Below, piece by piece: positions 19,026 through 28,588 of a stretch of 44,178 nt of DNA. Made by a program: the position numbers and the translations under genes. Location: positions 1 to 44,178 of the forward strand of contig JAJPHY010000150.1 of assembly GCA_021325015.1 (NCBI GenBank), read 5' to 3'. Position 1 is the first letter of the stretch. Every line of letters begins with the position of its first letter. This DNA comes from Actinomycetota bacterium (GTDB lineage Bacteria; Actinomycetota; UBA4738; HRBIN12). Below the pieces are notes generated by a model. That model ran no database searches. It worked only from the letters and a program-made list of their open reading frames with translations, and was not told the DNA's origin.

Positions 19026-20114
19026 ATGCATGATGAGCGCGTGATCCGGCGGCGACACGGGTCGGGGCTCCCGCGGGCGGTGGCGCTCGCGGTCGCGCTT
19101 GCGGTGCTGGGGGCGGGGTGCGCGAGCTCCGCCGCCCGTGCACGGGGCAGCGCGGAAGTCCTGCGCCTCGGGGTGTTCGCCACGCTCTCGCACGCCCCGG
19201 CCATCGTCGGTATCGCCTCCGGGATCTTCGCCCGTGAGCTCGCACCGACTCGGGTGGAAGTGCACGTGTTCGGCTCGGGCGTCGATGCCGGGGTCGCGCT
19301 CCTCGCGGGCTCGATCGATGCCGCCTACCTGGGGCCGTGGCCGGCGGTGTCCCTCTTCGTCCGGTCGGGGAAGGTGGCGGTCGTTTCGGGGGCCGCGCTC
19401 GGCGGGGCCTCGCTGATCGTTCGGCGGGGCCTCGGGATCGCGTCCCGTGAGGACCTGCGCGGCCGGAAGGTCGCCGTGCCGGCGATCGGCAACTCCCAGG
19501 ACCTCGCGCTGCGGACCTGGCTCCACGGCGGAGGTCTGCGGGCCACCGACGAGGGCGGCGATGTCTCGATCACGGAGGTGGAGAGCCCCCGACTCCTCCA
19601 GCTCTTCCGCGCCGGACGCTTGGACGGGGCGTGGGCGCCGGAGCCGTACGCGACCTGGCTCGTTCGGGCGGGTGTGGCCGACGAGCTCGTGAACGAGTCC
19701 TCGCTGTGGCCGGGCGGCCGCTTCCCGAGCGCGGTGCTCGTGGTCTCGGCCGGCTATCTCGATGCGCACCCGGGCGTGGTGGAGCGTCTGGTGCGCGCAA
19801 ACGTCGACTCGATCCGCTTTCTGCGGGAGTTCCCCGAGATCGCCAAGAGCGAGCTGGAGCGGGCGCTCGTTCGCGACGGGGCTCCGGCTCTGCCGGCGCG
19901 GGTGATCGCTGCGGCGTGGCGGCGCGTGACGTTCACCTGGGACCCTCTCCCCTCGGCTCTCGAGTCCGTGGCCCGGGACGCCGCGGCCCTCGGCATCCTG
20001 TCGCTCCCGCCTCGAGGGCTCGCCGGACTCGAGCGCCTTGACGCCCTGGAGTCCGTCCTGGACGATGAGGGCCTTCCGCCGCTCGAGATCGGAACGACCA
20101 TGGGGTCCACGTGA
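19026..20114 (+). CDS. ssuA: NitT/TauT-family (SsuA-like) ABC substrate-binding lipoprotein
   Basis: Lipobox LGAGC, LRLGVFATLSHAPA, IDAAYLGPWPA, GNSQDLALR, DGAWAPEP; start position and substrate uncertain. Confidence 0.72.
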   Translation: MHDERVIRRRHGSGLPRAVALAVALAVLGAGCASSAARARGSAEVLRLGVFATLSHAPAIVGIASGIFARELAPTRVEVHVFGSGVDAGVALLAGSIDAAYLGPWPAVSLFVRSGKVAVVSGAALGGASLIVRRGLGIASREDLRGRKVAVPAIGNSQDLALRTWLHGGGLRATDEGGDVSITEVESPRLLQLFRAGRLDGAWAPEPYATWLVRAGVADELVNESSLWPGGRFPSAVLVVSAGYLDAHPGVVERLVRANVDSIRFLREFPEIAKSELERALVRDGAPALPARVIAAAWRRVTFTWDPLPSALESVARDAAALGILSLPPRGLAGLERLDALESVLDDEGLPPLEIGTTMGST

Positions 20115-20956
20115 GCTCGGTGCCGTCGCTGCGCGTGGTGGGGCGACCCGAGCCGACCTCGCCGAAGCTATCCCTCCGCTCGGTTTCGAAGACCTACCGG
20201 CAGTCGAGCGGGGAGCTCGTCCGGGCACTCGACGACGTCACGCTGGACGTCGCCCCCGGGGAGTTCGTGTGCCTGGTCGGCCCCTCCGGGTGCGGCAAGT
20301 CGACGCTGCTCGACCTGATCGCCGGGCTCGAGCGCCCCGACGCGGGCCAGGTCCTCATGAACGGGCGCCCGATCGCGGGCCCCGGCCCAGACCGGGCGGT
20401 GCTCTTTCAGGAGCCGACGTTGTTCCCGTGGATGAGCGTGATCCGCAACCTCGAGTTCGCGCTCGGCCTGACCGGCGTGCCGAAGGCCGACCGTCGGGAA
20501 CTTGCCATGCACTGGCTGAGCAAGGTGCACCTGTCGGCGTTCGCGAGCGCCCAGCCGCACGAGATCTCACCCGGGATGCGCCAGCGGGCGGTCCTCGCCC
20601 GGGCGCTCGCCTGCCAGCCGGAGGTGCTGCTTGCCGACGAGCCGTTCGGGGCGCTGGACGCGCAGTCGCGCGAGGTGCTGCAGCGGGAGCTGCAGACGGT
20701 GTGGCTCGAGACGCGGAACACCTTCGTCTTCGTGACCCACAACGTGCGCGAGGCGGTGTTCCTCGCGGATCGCGTGGTGCTGATGTCGGCGCGTCCAGGG
20801 ACGCTCGTCGCCGAGCACCGGATCTCCTCGCCGCGGCCTCGCTCGTTCGAGGACGTGCTCCTGGCGAAGGTCGTCGTCGACGTCCACGACCATCTGCTGA
20901 AGGAGGTGCAGAAGGTTGTCGCGACCGAGGAGGGCGTTCGGCCAGGTCTGGCCTAG
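20111..20956 (+). CDS. ssuB: NitT/TauT-family ABC ATP-binding protein (SsuB/TauB-like)
   Basis: GPSGCGKST, LFQEPTLFPW, DEPFGALDA, VTHNVREAVFLADRV; atypical signature ISPGM. Confidence 0.8.
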   Translation: MSSVPSLRVVGRPEPTSPKLSLRSVSKTYRQSSGELVRALDDVTLDVAPGEFVCLVGPSGCGKSTLLDLIAGLERPDAGQVLMNGRPIAGPGPDRAVLFQEPTLFPWMSVIRNLEFALGLTGVPKADRRELAMHWLSKVHLSAFASAQPHEISPGMRQRAVLARALACQPEVLLADEPFGALDAQSREVLQRELQTVWLETRNTFVFVTHNVREAVFLADRVVLMSARPGTLVAEHRISSPRPRSFEDVLLAKVVVDVHDHLLKEVQKVVATEEGVRPGLA

Positions 20957-21701
20957 GGTCGCGATCCTTGTCGTTCTCGTCCTGGCCTGGTGGGCCGTCT
21001 ACGCCACCGGCTTGTGGGATCGCGTGCTCCTGCCCTCCCCGGCCAGCGTGTGGACCGCCCTCTGGTCGAATCTGTCGGGCGCGGGCGGGCTGCTCGTGGC
21101 CGCCGAGCGCAGCGCGCTCCGCCTGTTCCTCGGCCTCGCGGCGGCGGCGGTGATCGGCACGCCGATCGGGCTTGCGATGGCCGCCTCGAAGATCGTGCAG
21201 CGAAGCATCGGCAGCCTGATGGTGGGCCTGCAGGCGCTTCCCTCGATCGCCTGGCTGCCGCTTGCCACCCTCTGGTTCGGCATCACGGAGCGGGCCGTGT
21301 TCTTCGTGGTCGTGATGGGAGCGACTCCCGCGGTGGCGATTGCCACGGCGGCGAGCGTCCGGCTGGTTCCCCCGACGCTGATCCGCGCGGCGCGCACGCT
21401 CGGGTCGAGGGGCGGACGGCTGTACGTTCGCGTGGTGCTCCCCGCCGCGGTCCCCGGATACATCGCCGGGCTTCAACAGGCCTGGGCGCTCGCCTGGCGT
21501 GCCCTCATGGCGGCGGAGCTCATCGTCACCGGGGCACGCGGGCTCGGCCACTTCCTCGAGCGAGCGGGCGCCGTCTTCGACACGCCGCTGATGCTCGCGA
21601 CGATGGTGGCGATCATGCTGGTCGGCATCGGGGTCGACGGGGTGTTCACCCTCGTCGATCGGCGGGTTCGCAGCCGTCGGGGACTCATCCCGTCCGGGTG
21701 A
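20916..21701 (+). CDS. ssuC: NitT/TauT-family ABC permease (SsuC-like)
   Basis: LLPSPASV, LQALPSIAWLPLATLWFG, WRALMAAEL. Confidence 0.8.
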   Translation: MSRPRRAFGQVWPRVAILVVLVLAWWAVYATGLWDRVLLPSPASVWTALWSNLSGAGGLLVAAERSALRLFLGLAAAAVIGTPIGLAMAASKIVQRSIGSLMVGLQALPSIAWLPLATLWFGITERAVFFVVVMGATPAVAIATAASVRLVPPTLIRAARTLGSRGGRLYVRVVLPAAVPGYIAGLQQAWALAWRALMAAELIVTGARGLGHFLERAGAVFDTPLMLATMVAIMLVGIGVDGVFTLVDRRVRSRRGLIPSG

Positions 21702-21759
21702 GCCACCTGAACGCGGTCGCGCGTCCACCGCGAGCGGCCGCGGCAGCGAGCCCGCTGGC

Positions 21760-23097
21760 TCAGTCGACGACGCCGGCGCGCTGGAGGGCGAGCGAGCGCG
21801 TTCGGTCCGTCAGCTCTCGAAGAGCTGGGGTGAAGCGCGGCCGAAGCGGGATCGGGTCGTGAACCCGCTTGGCTTCCTCGGGAACCCGGACCAGGTCGGT
21901 CTCGAACAGCCGGCGGGCGAGATCGAGAGGGCGTGGGGGCTCGGTGCGCACGCCGCCTGACATCACCGGCACGAGCAGCGGCTCCGTTCCCGGCGGCGGG
22001 GGCTCGTCGCGCAGGCCGATGAGGTCTCCCTCGGGTCCGCGGAACACCTGTTTGCGTCCCGGCTCGGTTGCCTTGTCCTCGGAGAGCTTGAGCACCGGCC
22101 GGCCCTCGTACTCGACGAGCTTGTACACCGAGTCAAGGTACGGAGCGTCGGCGGACACCCCCATCTTCGTACCGATCCCGAACGCGTCGATCGGGGCGCC
22201 CGCGGCGACCAACCGGTCGACGTCGTTCTCGTCGAGGCCGCCGCTCGCGAGGATCCGCACCTTGGACAGCCCCGCCCGATCCAGGATGGTGCGCGCGGCA
22301 CGGGAGAGCTCGTCGAGGTCGCCGCTGTCCAGGCGGATGCCCAGCCGGCTCGAGTTCTCGAGCCCGAGGCGGCGGATGACCTCGATCGCCGTTTTGACGC
22401 CGTTCGGGGTGTCGTACGTGTCGACCAGGAAGACCGTGCGGTCCGGGAAGTCCTCGGCGAAGGCGCGAAAGGCGTCCGCCTCGGTCGGGAACGACTGCAC
22501 GTAAGAGTGGGCCATCGTCCCCGAGGCCGTGAGGCCGTACCGTCGGGCCGCCTCGACGTTGCTCGTCGCGACGAACCCCACCATGGCGGTGGTCCGCGCG
22601 ACGGCCATCGCGGCGTCGGCGCCCTGCGTCCGGCGGAAGGCGAAGTCCACCAGCGCCCGGTCCCGGGCCGCCATCCGAACCCGCGCCGCCTTCGAGGCGA
22701 TGGTGGTCTGGAACGTGATCTGGTTGAGCAGGTACGTCTCGACGAGCTGCGCGACCGCGATCGGGGCCGTGATCTCGAGGAGCGGCTCGTCGGCGAAGAC
22801 GATCCGGCCCTCGGGGACGGCCCAGACGTCGCCGGTGAACCGGAGCTCGCGGAAGGCCTCGACCACCTCGTCGTCGTAGCCGAGCTCGTCGGCCAGGTAC
22901 CGAAGGTCCTCGTCCTCGAATCCAAAGCGCTCGAGGAACTCGAGGCAGGGCTCGAGCCCGGCGGCGACCAGGAAGCCGCGGTTCTGGGGCAGGCGGCGAA
23001 CGAACAGGCTGAACGTCGCCGGGCCCTCCATCCCCCGGCGGAGGTAGCTCGCCGCCATGTTGAGCTCGTACAGGTCGGTCAGGAGCGCGCCCGGCAT
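21760..23097 (-). CDS. pncB: Nicotinate phosphoribosyltransferase
   Basis: LLTDLYELNM, DFAFRRTQG, GTMAHS, LVDTYDT, IRLDSGDL, ASGGLDE, VYKLVE. Confidence 0.95.
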   Translation of the reverse strand: MPGALLTDLYELNMAASYLRRGMEGPATFSLFVRRLPQNRGFLVAAGLEPCLEFLERFGFEDEDLRYLADELGYDDEVVEAFRELRFTGDVWAVPEGRIVFADEPLLEITAPIAVAQLVETYLLNQITFQTTIASKAARVRMAARDRALVDFAFRRTQGADAAMAVARTTAMVGFVATSNVEAARRYGLTASGTMAHSYVQSFPTEADAFRAFAEDFPDRTVFLVDTYDTPNGVKTAIEVIRRLGLENSSRLGIRLDSGDLDELSRAARTILDRAGLSKVRILASGGLDENDVDRLVAAGAPIDAFGIGTKMGVSADAPYLDSVYKLVEYEGRPVLKLSEDKATEPGRKQVFRGPEGDLIGLRDEPPPPGTEPLLVPVMSGGVRTEPPRPLDLARRLFETDLVRVPEEAKRVHDPIPLRPRFTPALRELTDRTRSLALQRAGVVD

Positions 23098-23125
23098 GGC
23101 TACAGGCTACGCGAAGGCGACTCGC

Positions 23126-23162
23126 GGGACGTAGGGCCCGGGGGGGTCGTGCCCTTCGTCCG
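23126..23162. promoter_or_regulatory. Tandem DosR-like boxes in the divergent pncB/hydrogenase promoter
   Basis: GGGAC-GTAG-GGCCC (23126-23139) and the weaker GTGCC-CTTC-GTCCG (23149-23162) fit GGGNC-N4-GNCCC; candidate -10 boxes are TAGCCT (minus strand, 23104-23109) and GAGGCT (23186-23191). Confidence 0.55.
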
Positions 23163-23210
23163 TAGGGACCCTCCCGCGCGAACGAGAGGCTATGGGGCAG
23201 GAGGTGGCGC

Positions 23211-24311
23211 ATGCGGTTCCTCGATCACCAGGGATTCGAGCGACTCCTCGCCACCCTCGCCGACGACGGCTACGAGCTCGTCGGCCCCACCGTTCGCGAC
23301 GGAGCCATCGTGCTGGATCGCATCGAGGGAGCAGACGACCTTCCGCGCGGCGTGGGCGAGGAGCAGGGCCCGGGCTCCTACCGGCTGACCTCGCGTGGGG
23401 ACGGCAGGTACTTCGCGTGGGCCCACGGCCCCGACTCGGCCAAGCGGTTCCTGTTTCCCGCCCGCGAGCTGCTCGCGCGGATGCGACGCGAGGGGGGCGC
23501 GTTCGCGGTCGAGACCGCGCCGGACGAGCGGCCGATCGCGTTCGTCGGACTCCGCTCCTGCGACCTGCACGCGGTGGCGGTGCAGGACCGGGTGTTCATG
23601 CACGCCGACCCGGGGTACCGCCGCCGGCGCGAGGCGGCGGTGTTCGTGGGCGTGGACTGCGCGGAGCCGGGCGCCACCTGCTTCTGCGCCTCGATGGGAA
23701 CCGGACCGCGGTGCACCGAGGGCTTCGACGTCGCCCTCACCGAGCTCGAGGGCGGGTTCGTCGTCCAGGCGGCGACGCCGACCGGCGAGGCGCTCCTGGC
23801 TCGGATCGAGACCCGCGAGGCGACCGAGGCCGAGGTCGAGGCGGTCGCCGAGACCGAACGGACCGCGGTCGCCGCCATGGGACGGCAGATGGACGAATGG
23901 GACATGCCGGCCCTGCTGTACCGAAACCGGCTGCACCCCCGCTGGAAGGAGGTCGCCTCCCGGTGCCTGGCCTGCGGGAACTGCACGTCCGTGTGTCCCA
24001 CCTGCTTCTGCCACGACATCGTGGACGGGGTGAGTCTTTCGGGCGACGTCGCGACCCGGACCCGGGAGTGGGCCTCGTGCTTCTCTGAGGAATACAGCTG
24101 GGCGGCCGGGGCGGTCGTGCGCGCGAGCCGCGAGTCCCGCTACCGGCAGTGGCTCACGCACAAGTTCGCGTCGTGGATCGATCAGTTCGGCACCTCCGGG
24201 TGTGTCGGCTGCGGCCGCTGCATCACCTGGTGCCCGGTCGGCATCGACGTCACCGAGGAGGTCGCCGCGATCCGCGCGACCGACGGGGAGGTGGAGGTGG
24301 TGACCTCGTGA
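23211..24311 (+). CDS. hydB: Group 3b [NiFe]-hydrogenase beta subunit (4Fe-4S dicluster)
   Basis: CLACGNCTSVCPTCFC, YRQWLTHK, GCVGCGRCITWCPVGID; GGAGG RBS. Confidence 0.9.
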   Translation: MRFLDHQGFERLLATLADDGYELVGPTVRDGAIVLDRIEGADDLPRGVGEEQGPGSYRLTSRGDGRYFAWAHGPDSAKRFLFPARELLARMRREGGAFAVETAPDERPIAFVGLRSCDLHAVAVQDRVFMHADPGYRRRREAAVFVGVDCAEPGATCFCASMGTGPRCTEGFDVALTELEGGFVVQAATPTGEALLARIETREATEAEVEAVAETERTAVAAMGRQMDEWDMPALLYRNRLHPRWKEVASRCLACGNCTSVCPTCFCHDIVDGVSLSGDVATRTREWASCFSEEYSWAAGAVVRASRESRYRQWLTHKFASWIDQFGTSGCVGCGRCITWCPVGIDVTEEVAAIRATDGEVEVVTS

Positions 24312-25183
24312 GCCTGCAGAGCGCTCCCGCCGGGCCGCCGCTCGACCCCGAGGGACCGCCGGCGCGGATCGCGGTCATCACGCGCATCGTGCCGGAGACT
24401 CCCGACTCCTCGACCTACTGGGCCCGGTTCCGCGTCGGCGAGGGCGAGGGGTACTCGTTCGAGCCCGGTCAGTTCAACATGCTGTACCTGTTCGGGATCG
24501 GCGAGGTCGCGATCTCCATCTCGTCCGACCCCTCGCACCCGCAGCTCCTCGGGCACACGGTCCGCTCGGTCGGACGCGTGACCAACGCGTTCCGCAACCT
24601 CCGGCCCGGCGACGAGATCGGGATCCGTGGCCCGTTCGGCCGACCCTGGCCGCTGGACAGCGCCCGCGGCGGCGACCTCGTGGTCGTGGCCGGCGGCGTC
24701 GGCATCTGCCCGGTGCGACCCGCGATCGAGTACGCGATGCGCCACCGCGAGCAGTTCCGCCGGCTGGTGCTGCTGATGGGCGCGCGCGAGCCGAGCCTGT
24801 TCCCCTACAAGGAAGAGCTCGAGAAGTGGGTCGCCCAGATGCGGCGGATCGGCGTCGAGCTCCACCTCACGGTCGACCAGGCCGACGCCGATTGGAAGTA
24901 CGACGAGGGCGTCGTCACCACGCTGTTTCCCAAGGCGAACCTCGAGCCCGACCGCACGACCGCGTTCATCTGCGGACCCGAGATCATGATGTGGTTCGCG
25001 GCGCGGGGGCTCCTCGAGGTGGGCGTGCCCCCACAGCGGGTCCACGTCTCGCTCGAGCGACACATGCAGTGCGGCGTGAAGCTGTGCGGGCACTGCCAGA
25101 TGGGACCCAAGTTCGTCTGTCAGGACGGACCGGTCTTCCGATGGGACGAGGTCGGTGAACTCCTGGAGGTGCGAGAGCTGTGA
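24308..25183 (+). CDS. hydG: Group 3b hydrogenase gamma subunit (FAD/NAD(P)-binding, 2Fe-2S)
   Basis: FEPGQFNML, VAGGVGICP, ICGPEIMM, LERHMQCGVKLCGHCQ...VCQDGPVF; GTGA overlap. Confidence 0.9.
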   Translation: MSLQSAPAGPPLDPEGPPARIAVITRIVPETPDSSTYWARFRVGEGEGYSFEPGQFNMLYLFGIGEVAISISSDPSHPQLLGHTVRSVGRVTNAFRNLRPGDEIGIRGPFGRPWPLDSARGGDLVVVAGGVGICPVRPAIEYAMRHREQFRRLVLLMGAREPSLFPYKEELEKWVAQMRRIGVELHLTVDQADADWKYDEGVVTTLFPKANLEPDRTTAFICGPEIMMWFAARGLLEVGVPPQRVHVSLERHMQCGVKLCGHCQMGPKFVCQDGPVFRWDEVGELLEVREL

Positions 25184-25992
25184 GGGAGCGCGCCAAGCCA
25201 CGCGTCGCGGTCTTCAAGATGGCCTCCTGCGACGGCTGCCAGCTCCAGCTGCTCGACGCCGAGGAGGCGCTCCTCGAGCTCGCCGGCGCGATCGACATCG
25301 TGAACTTCGCGGAGGCGTCGTCCCACATCGAGCCCGGTCCCTACGACGTCACGCTCGTCGAGGGCTCGGTGTCCACGCCCGAGCTCGAAGAGCAGGTCAA
25401 GCAGATCCGGGACCAGTCGCGGGTGCTGATCACGATCGGGGCGTGTGCTACCTCGGGCGGCGTGCAGGCGCTCCGCAACCTCGCTGACACCGAGGCGTTC
25501 GTCCGGACCGTCTATCCCACGCCCGCCTACGTGAAGACCCTCGAGCGCTCGCACCCGATCTCGGACTTCGTGAAGGTCGACTACGAGCTCACCGGGTGCC
25601 CGATCGATCGCGGTGAGTTGCTCGGGGCCCTCTCGGCCCTGCTCGCGGGCTCGGCGCCGAGGCTCTCCACCTCGCCGGTCTGCGTCGAGTGCAAGCGGCG
25701 TGGCTACGTGTGTGTGGTCGTGGCGAGGGGCGAGCCCTGCCTGGGTCCGGTCACCCGGACCGGATGCGGCGCGCTCTGCCCCGCGTTCGGCCGCGGCTGC
25801 TACGGATGCTTCGGCCCGTCGCAACCCCCGAACACCGAGGCGCTCGCGAAGCGGTTCATCGCGCTCGGGCTCACCCCCAAGCAGGCGGCCGACAAGTTCC
25901 GGTTCATCACGGGATGGGCGCCCGCGTTTCGCGAGGCCGCCGACAGGCTGGAGCGGGGGCCTCGATCGGCGAAGGAGGGAGCGACGCCATGA
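25180..25992 (+). CDS. hydD: Group 3b hydrogenase small (delta) subunit
   Basis: KMASCDGCQ, IGACATSGG, GCP, VCVECK, PCLGPVTRTGCGALCP...CYGCFGP. Confidence 0.9.
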   Translation: MRERAKPRVAVFKMASCDGCQLQLLDAEEALLELAGAIDIVNFAEASSHIEPGPYDVTLVEGSVSTPELEEQVKQIRDQSRVLITIGACATSGGVQALRNLADTEAFVRTVYPTPAYVKTLERSHPISDFVKVDYELTGCPIDRGELLGALSALLAGSAPRLSTSPVCVECKRRGYVCVVVARGEPCLGPVTRTGCGALCPAFGRGCYGCFGPSQPPNTEALAKRFIALGLTPKQAADKFRFITGWAPAFREAADRLERGPRSAKEGATP

Positions 25993-27281
25993 CGCACCGT
26001 TCGGTCGAGGTTCCGGTCATCGCCCGCGTCGAGGGGGAGGGGGCGCTGCACATCACCGTCGAGGATCGCGAGATCAGCGACCTGCGGCTCGAGATCTACG
26101 AGCCCCCGCGGTTCTTCGAGGCGTTTCTGGTCGGCCGGTCCTACGCGGAGGTTCCCGACATCACGGCGCGGATCTGCGGGATCTGTCCGGTCGCCTACCA
26201 GATGAGCTCGATCCACGGGCTCGAGCGGCTCTTCGACGTACGGCTCCCGGCCGGGATTCGGGAGCTTCGGCGACTCCTGTACTGCGGGGAGTGGATCGAG
26301 AGCCACGTCCTCCACGTCTTCCTGCTCGCTGCGCCGGACTTCCTGGGCTTCGAGAACGCGATCGAGATGGCCAAGGCAGCGCCCGACCTCGTCAAGAAGG
26401 CGCTCGAGATCAAGCGGATCGGCAACGACCTGATGGCGGCGATCGGTGGGCGCGAGATCCACCCGGTCTCGCCGCGGGTCGGCGGCTTCTCGAGGGCCCC
26501 GCGGAGACGCGAGCTCGAGCCGTTCCTCCCGCGCCTCGAGTGGGCGTTGGGGGAGCTGCCGGGCATCGCGGACTTCGTCGCCGGACTGCCGCACCCCTCG
26601 CTTCCCAGACCGGCCGAGATGGTCTCGCTCGTGCACCCGGATGAGTACCCGATGAACGAGGGGCACCTCGCCTCCACCGGCGGCCGGTCGTTCGACGCCA
26701 CCACGTTCGAACAGGTCACGGACGAGATCCACGTCGAGCACTCCAACGCGCTCCACTCTGTGATGACGGAGACCGAGACGCCGTACGTCGTCGGCCCGCT
26801 CGCGCGGGTGAACCTCAACGCCGACCGGCTGACGCCGGTCGCCCGCGAGTGCATGGAGCGCACCGGCCTGTCGATTCCCGAGTCCGACCCCTTCTTCTCG
26901 ATGGCCGCCCGAGTGGTGAAGACCGCCGTCGCGATCGAGGAGGCCATCCGGATCCTGGAGGGGTACGCCCCCCCCGGGCCGTCGATGGCCGAGGTGACGC
27001 CCCGCGCGGGTCGCGCGACCTGGGTCACCGAGGCACCGAGGGGCATCCTCTACCACCGCTACGACGTCGAGGCGGACGGGACGATCCGGGAGGCGAAGAT
27101 CGTTCCGCCGACGTCGCAGAACCTCCGGCACATGGAGGAGGACCTGCGGCTGTTCCTCCCCGGGGCCCTCGACCGACCGGACGAGGAGCTCACGAGGATG
27201 TGCGAGATGGTCGTTCGCAACTACGATCCGTGCATCTCGTGCGCGACCCACTTCCTCCGGCTGGACCTCCGGCGGGTCTGA
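25989..27281 (+). CDS. hydA: Group 3b [NiFe]-hydrogenase large (alpha) subunit
   Basis: ARVEGEG, EPPRFFE, L1 motif RICGICPVAY, L2 motif DPCISCATH plus a short cleavable tail. Confidence 0.93.
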   Translation: MTHRSVEVPVIARVEGEGALHITVEDREISDLRLEIYEPPRFFEAFLVGRSYAEVPDITARICGICPVAYQMSSIHGLERLFDVRLPAGIRELRRLLYCGEWIESHVLHVFLLAAPDFLGFENAIEMAKAAPDLVKKALEIKRIGNDLMAAIGGREIHPVSPRVGGFSRAPRRRELEPFLPRLEWALGELPGIADFVAGLPHPSLPRPAEMVSLVHPDEYPMNEGHLASTGGRSFDATTFEQVTDEIHVEHSNALHSVMTETETPYVVGPLARVNLNADRLTPVARECMERTGLSIPESDPFFSMAARVVKTAVAIEEAIRILEGYAPPGPSMAEVTPRAGRATWVTEAPRGILYHRYDVEADGTIREAKIVPPTSQNLRHMEEDLRLFLPGALDRPDEELTRMCEMVVRNYDPCISCATHFLRLDLRRV

Positions 27282-27772
27282 GCGGCCCGATCCGGGTCCG
27301 GGTCGTCGGCTGCGGGAACCCCAGCGCGGGCGATGACGCCGTCGGTCTGATCGCCGTCCGGGAAGTCCGGTCCGAGCTGGAGACCCTGCCGGGGGTCGAG
27401 GTCGTGGAGGCCGGCCCGGCGCTGAACGTCGTGCACCTCCTCGAAGGGGTTGACGCCGCGGTGGTGGTGGACGCCGTGCGCTCGCCGCAGGGACGGCGCT
27501 CGGCTGGGGAGATCGTGCGCGCGGAGGCCGGACCCGACGGGCTCCCGGCCGACGTCGCAACGTCCCTGTCCTCCCACGGGTTCGGTCTGGCCGAGGCGGT
27601 GGCTCTGGCGGGGGCGCTGGGCCATGTCCCACGGATCGTGTTCCTTGGGGTGGAGGTCTCCGACGTCGCCGTCGGACGACCGCTGTCGGCGGCCGTCGCG
27701 GGGGCGCTCCCCCGGCTCGTGGAGCTCATCCGCGCCGAGACCAGGGCGTTCGTGAGGACCCTAGGGTCCTGA
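27278..27772 (+). CDS. Hydrogenase maturation protease (first copy)
   Basis: VVGCGNPSAGDDAVG, VVVDAV, SSHGFGLAE; start uncertain (CTG 27278 or GTG 27239). Confidence 0.85.
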   Translation: MSGPIRVRVVGCGNPSAGDDAVGLIAVREVRSELETLPGVEVVEAGPALNVVHLLEGVDAAVVVDAVRSPQGRRSAGEIVRAEAGPDGLPADVATSLSSHGFGLAEAVALAGALGHVPRIVFLGVEVSDVAVGRPLSAAVAGALPRLVELIRAETRAFVRTLGS

Positions 27773-27913
27773 CCCCAGGTCTCCTACTACCCGTCCCAGC
27801 GGCGCGCGGGTCGAATCGCACAAGCGAAGATCCGCCGGCGGACGCACGCTGAGGCTGTTGGACGTTCGCCGGGGGAAGTGCCTCCACCGGGGAACGTCCG
27901 GCAGGAGGCGGAC

Positions 27914-28588
27914 ATGCCCGTAGACGCTGTCCTCACGACGAGGGACCCCGAGGTCGACCGGCCCCCCGGCCGTCCCGCACCGAGGTCCGGAAACCGCACC
28001 AAGCGAACGAAGTGGCGGCCGGTCAAGGACCAGTCGAAGTTCGAGGCCCAGCTCGACCCCGGCTTTGCCGCGGAGATCGCGGCCGAGGTCGAGGGCGGCG
28101 AGCGGCTCCACCAGTGTATCCAGTGTGGAACGTGCAGCTCGGTCTGCCCGCTCAGCGCCTACATGGACCTGACGCCCCGCCGGCTGATCGCGATGACGCG
28201 AGCCGGCGCGCGAGACGACGTCGTGCACAGCATGACGCCCTGGGTGTGCGCGTCGTGCTACGCGTGCACGGTGGAGTGCCCGAAGCAGATCCCGATCACG
28301 GAGATCATGCACGCGCTTCGCCGCATCTCGCTCCGCGAGATCACCTATCCGAAGCGGTTCACCACCCCGGTGATGACCAAGGCGTTCGTCGACATGATCC
28401 AAGATCGCGGTCGAAGCACGGAGTCGTGGATCTCGATGAAGCTGTACCTGCGGACCAACCCGGCGCTGCTGGTCAAGAACGCCGCGATCGCCGGACGCCT
28501 GTTCCGCCAGGGACGGCTCGGAGTCAGGCGAGCGCGCATCAACGGGCGAGACGAGCTCCGCGCCCTGCTGAAGGCGGTGTCGGCATGA
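27914..28588 (+). CDS. hdrC: Heterodisulfide reductase subunit C-like
   Basis: CIQCGTCSSVCP and WVCASCYACTVECP; AGGAGG RBS before ATG 27914; directly upstream of hdrB. Confidence 0.88.
   Translation: MPVDAVLTTRDPEVDRPPGRPAPRSGNRTKRTKWRPVKDQSKFEAQLDPGFAAEIAAEVEGGERLHQCIQCGTCSSVCPLSAYMDLTPRRLIAMTRAGARDDVVHSMTPWVCASCYACTVECPKQIPITEIMHALRRISLREITYPKRFTTPVMTKAFVDMIQDRGRSTESWISMKLYLRTNPALLVKNAAIAGRLFRQGRLGVRRARINGRDELRALLKAVSA

Noticed and set aside
21702-21759. GC hairpins between convergent or adjacent genes (also 40270-40300 and 41386-41434) as intrinsic terminators
   Set aside because: Imperfect stems without U-tracts cannot be told apart from chance pairing at this GC content.
23211-25183. 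AsrAB anaerobic sulfite reductase
   Set aside because: No AsrC siroheme subunit; the genes are followed directly by [NiFe] small and large subunits, so they are group 3b hydrogenase subunits.
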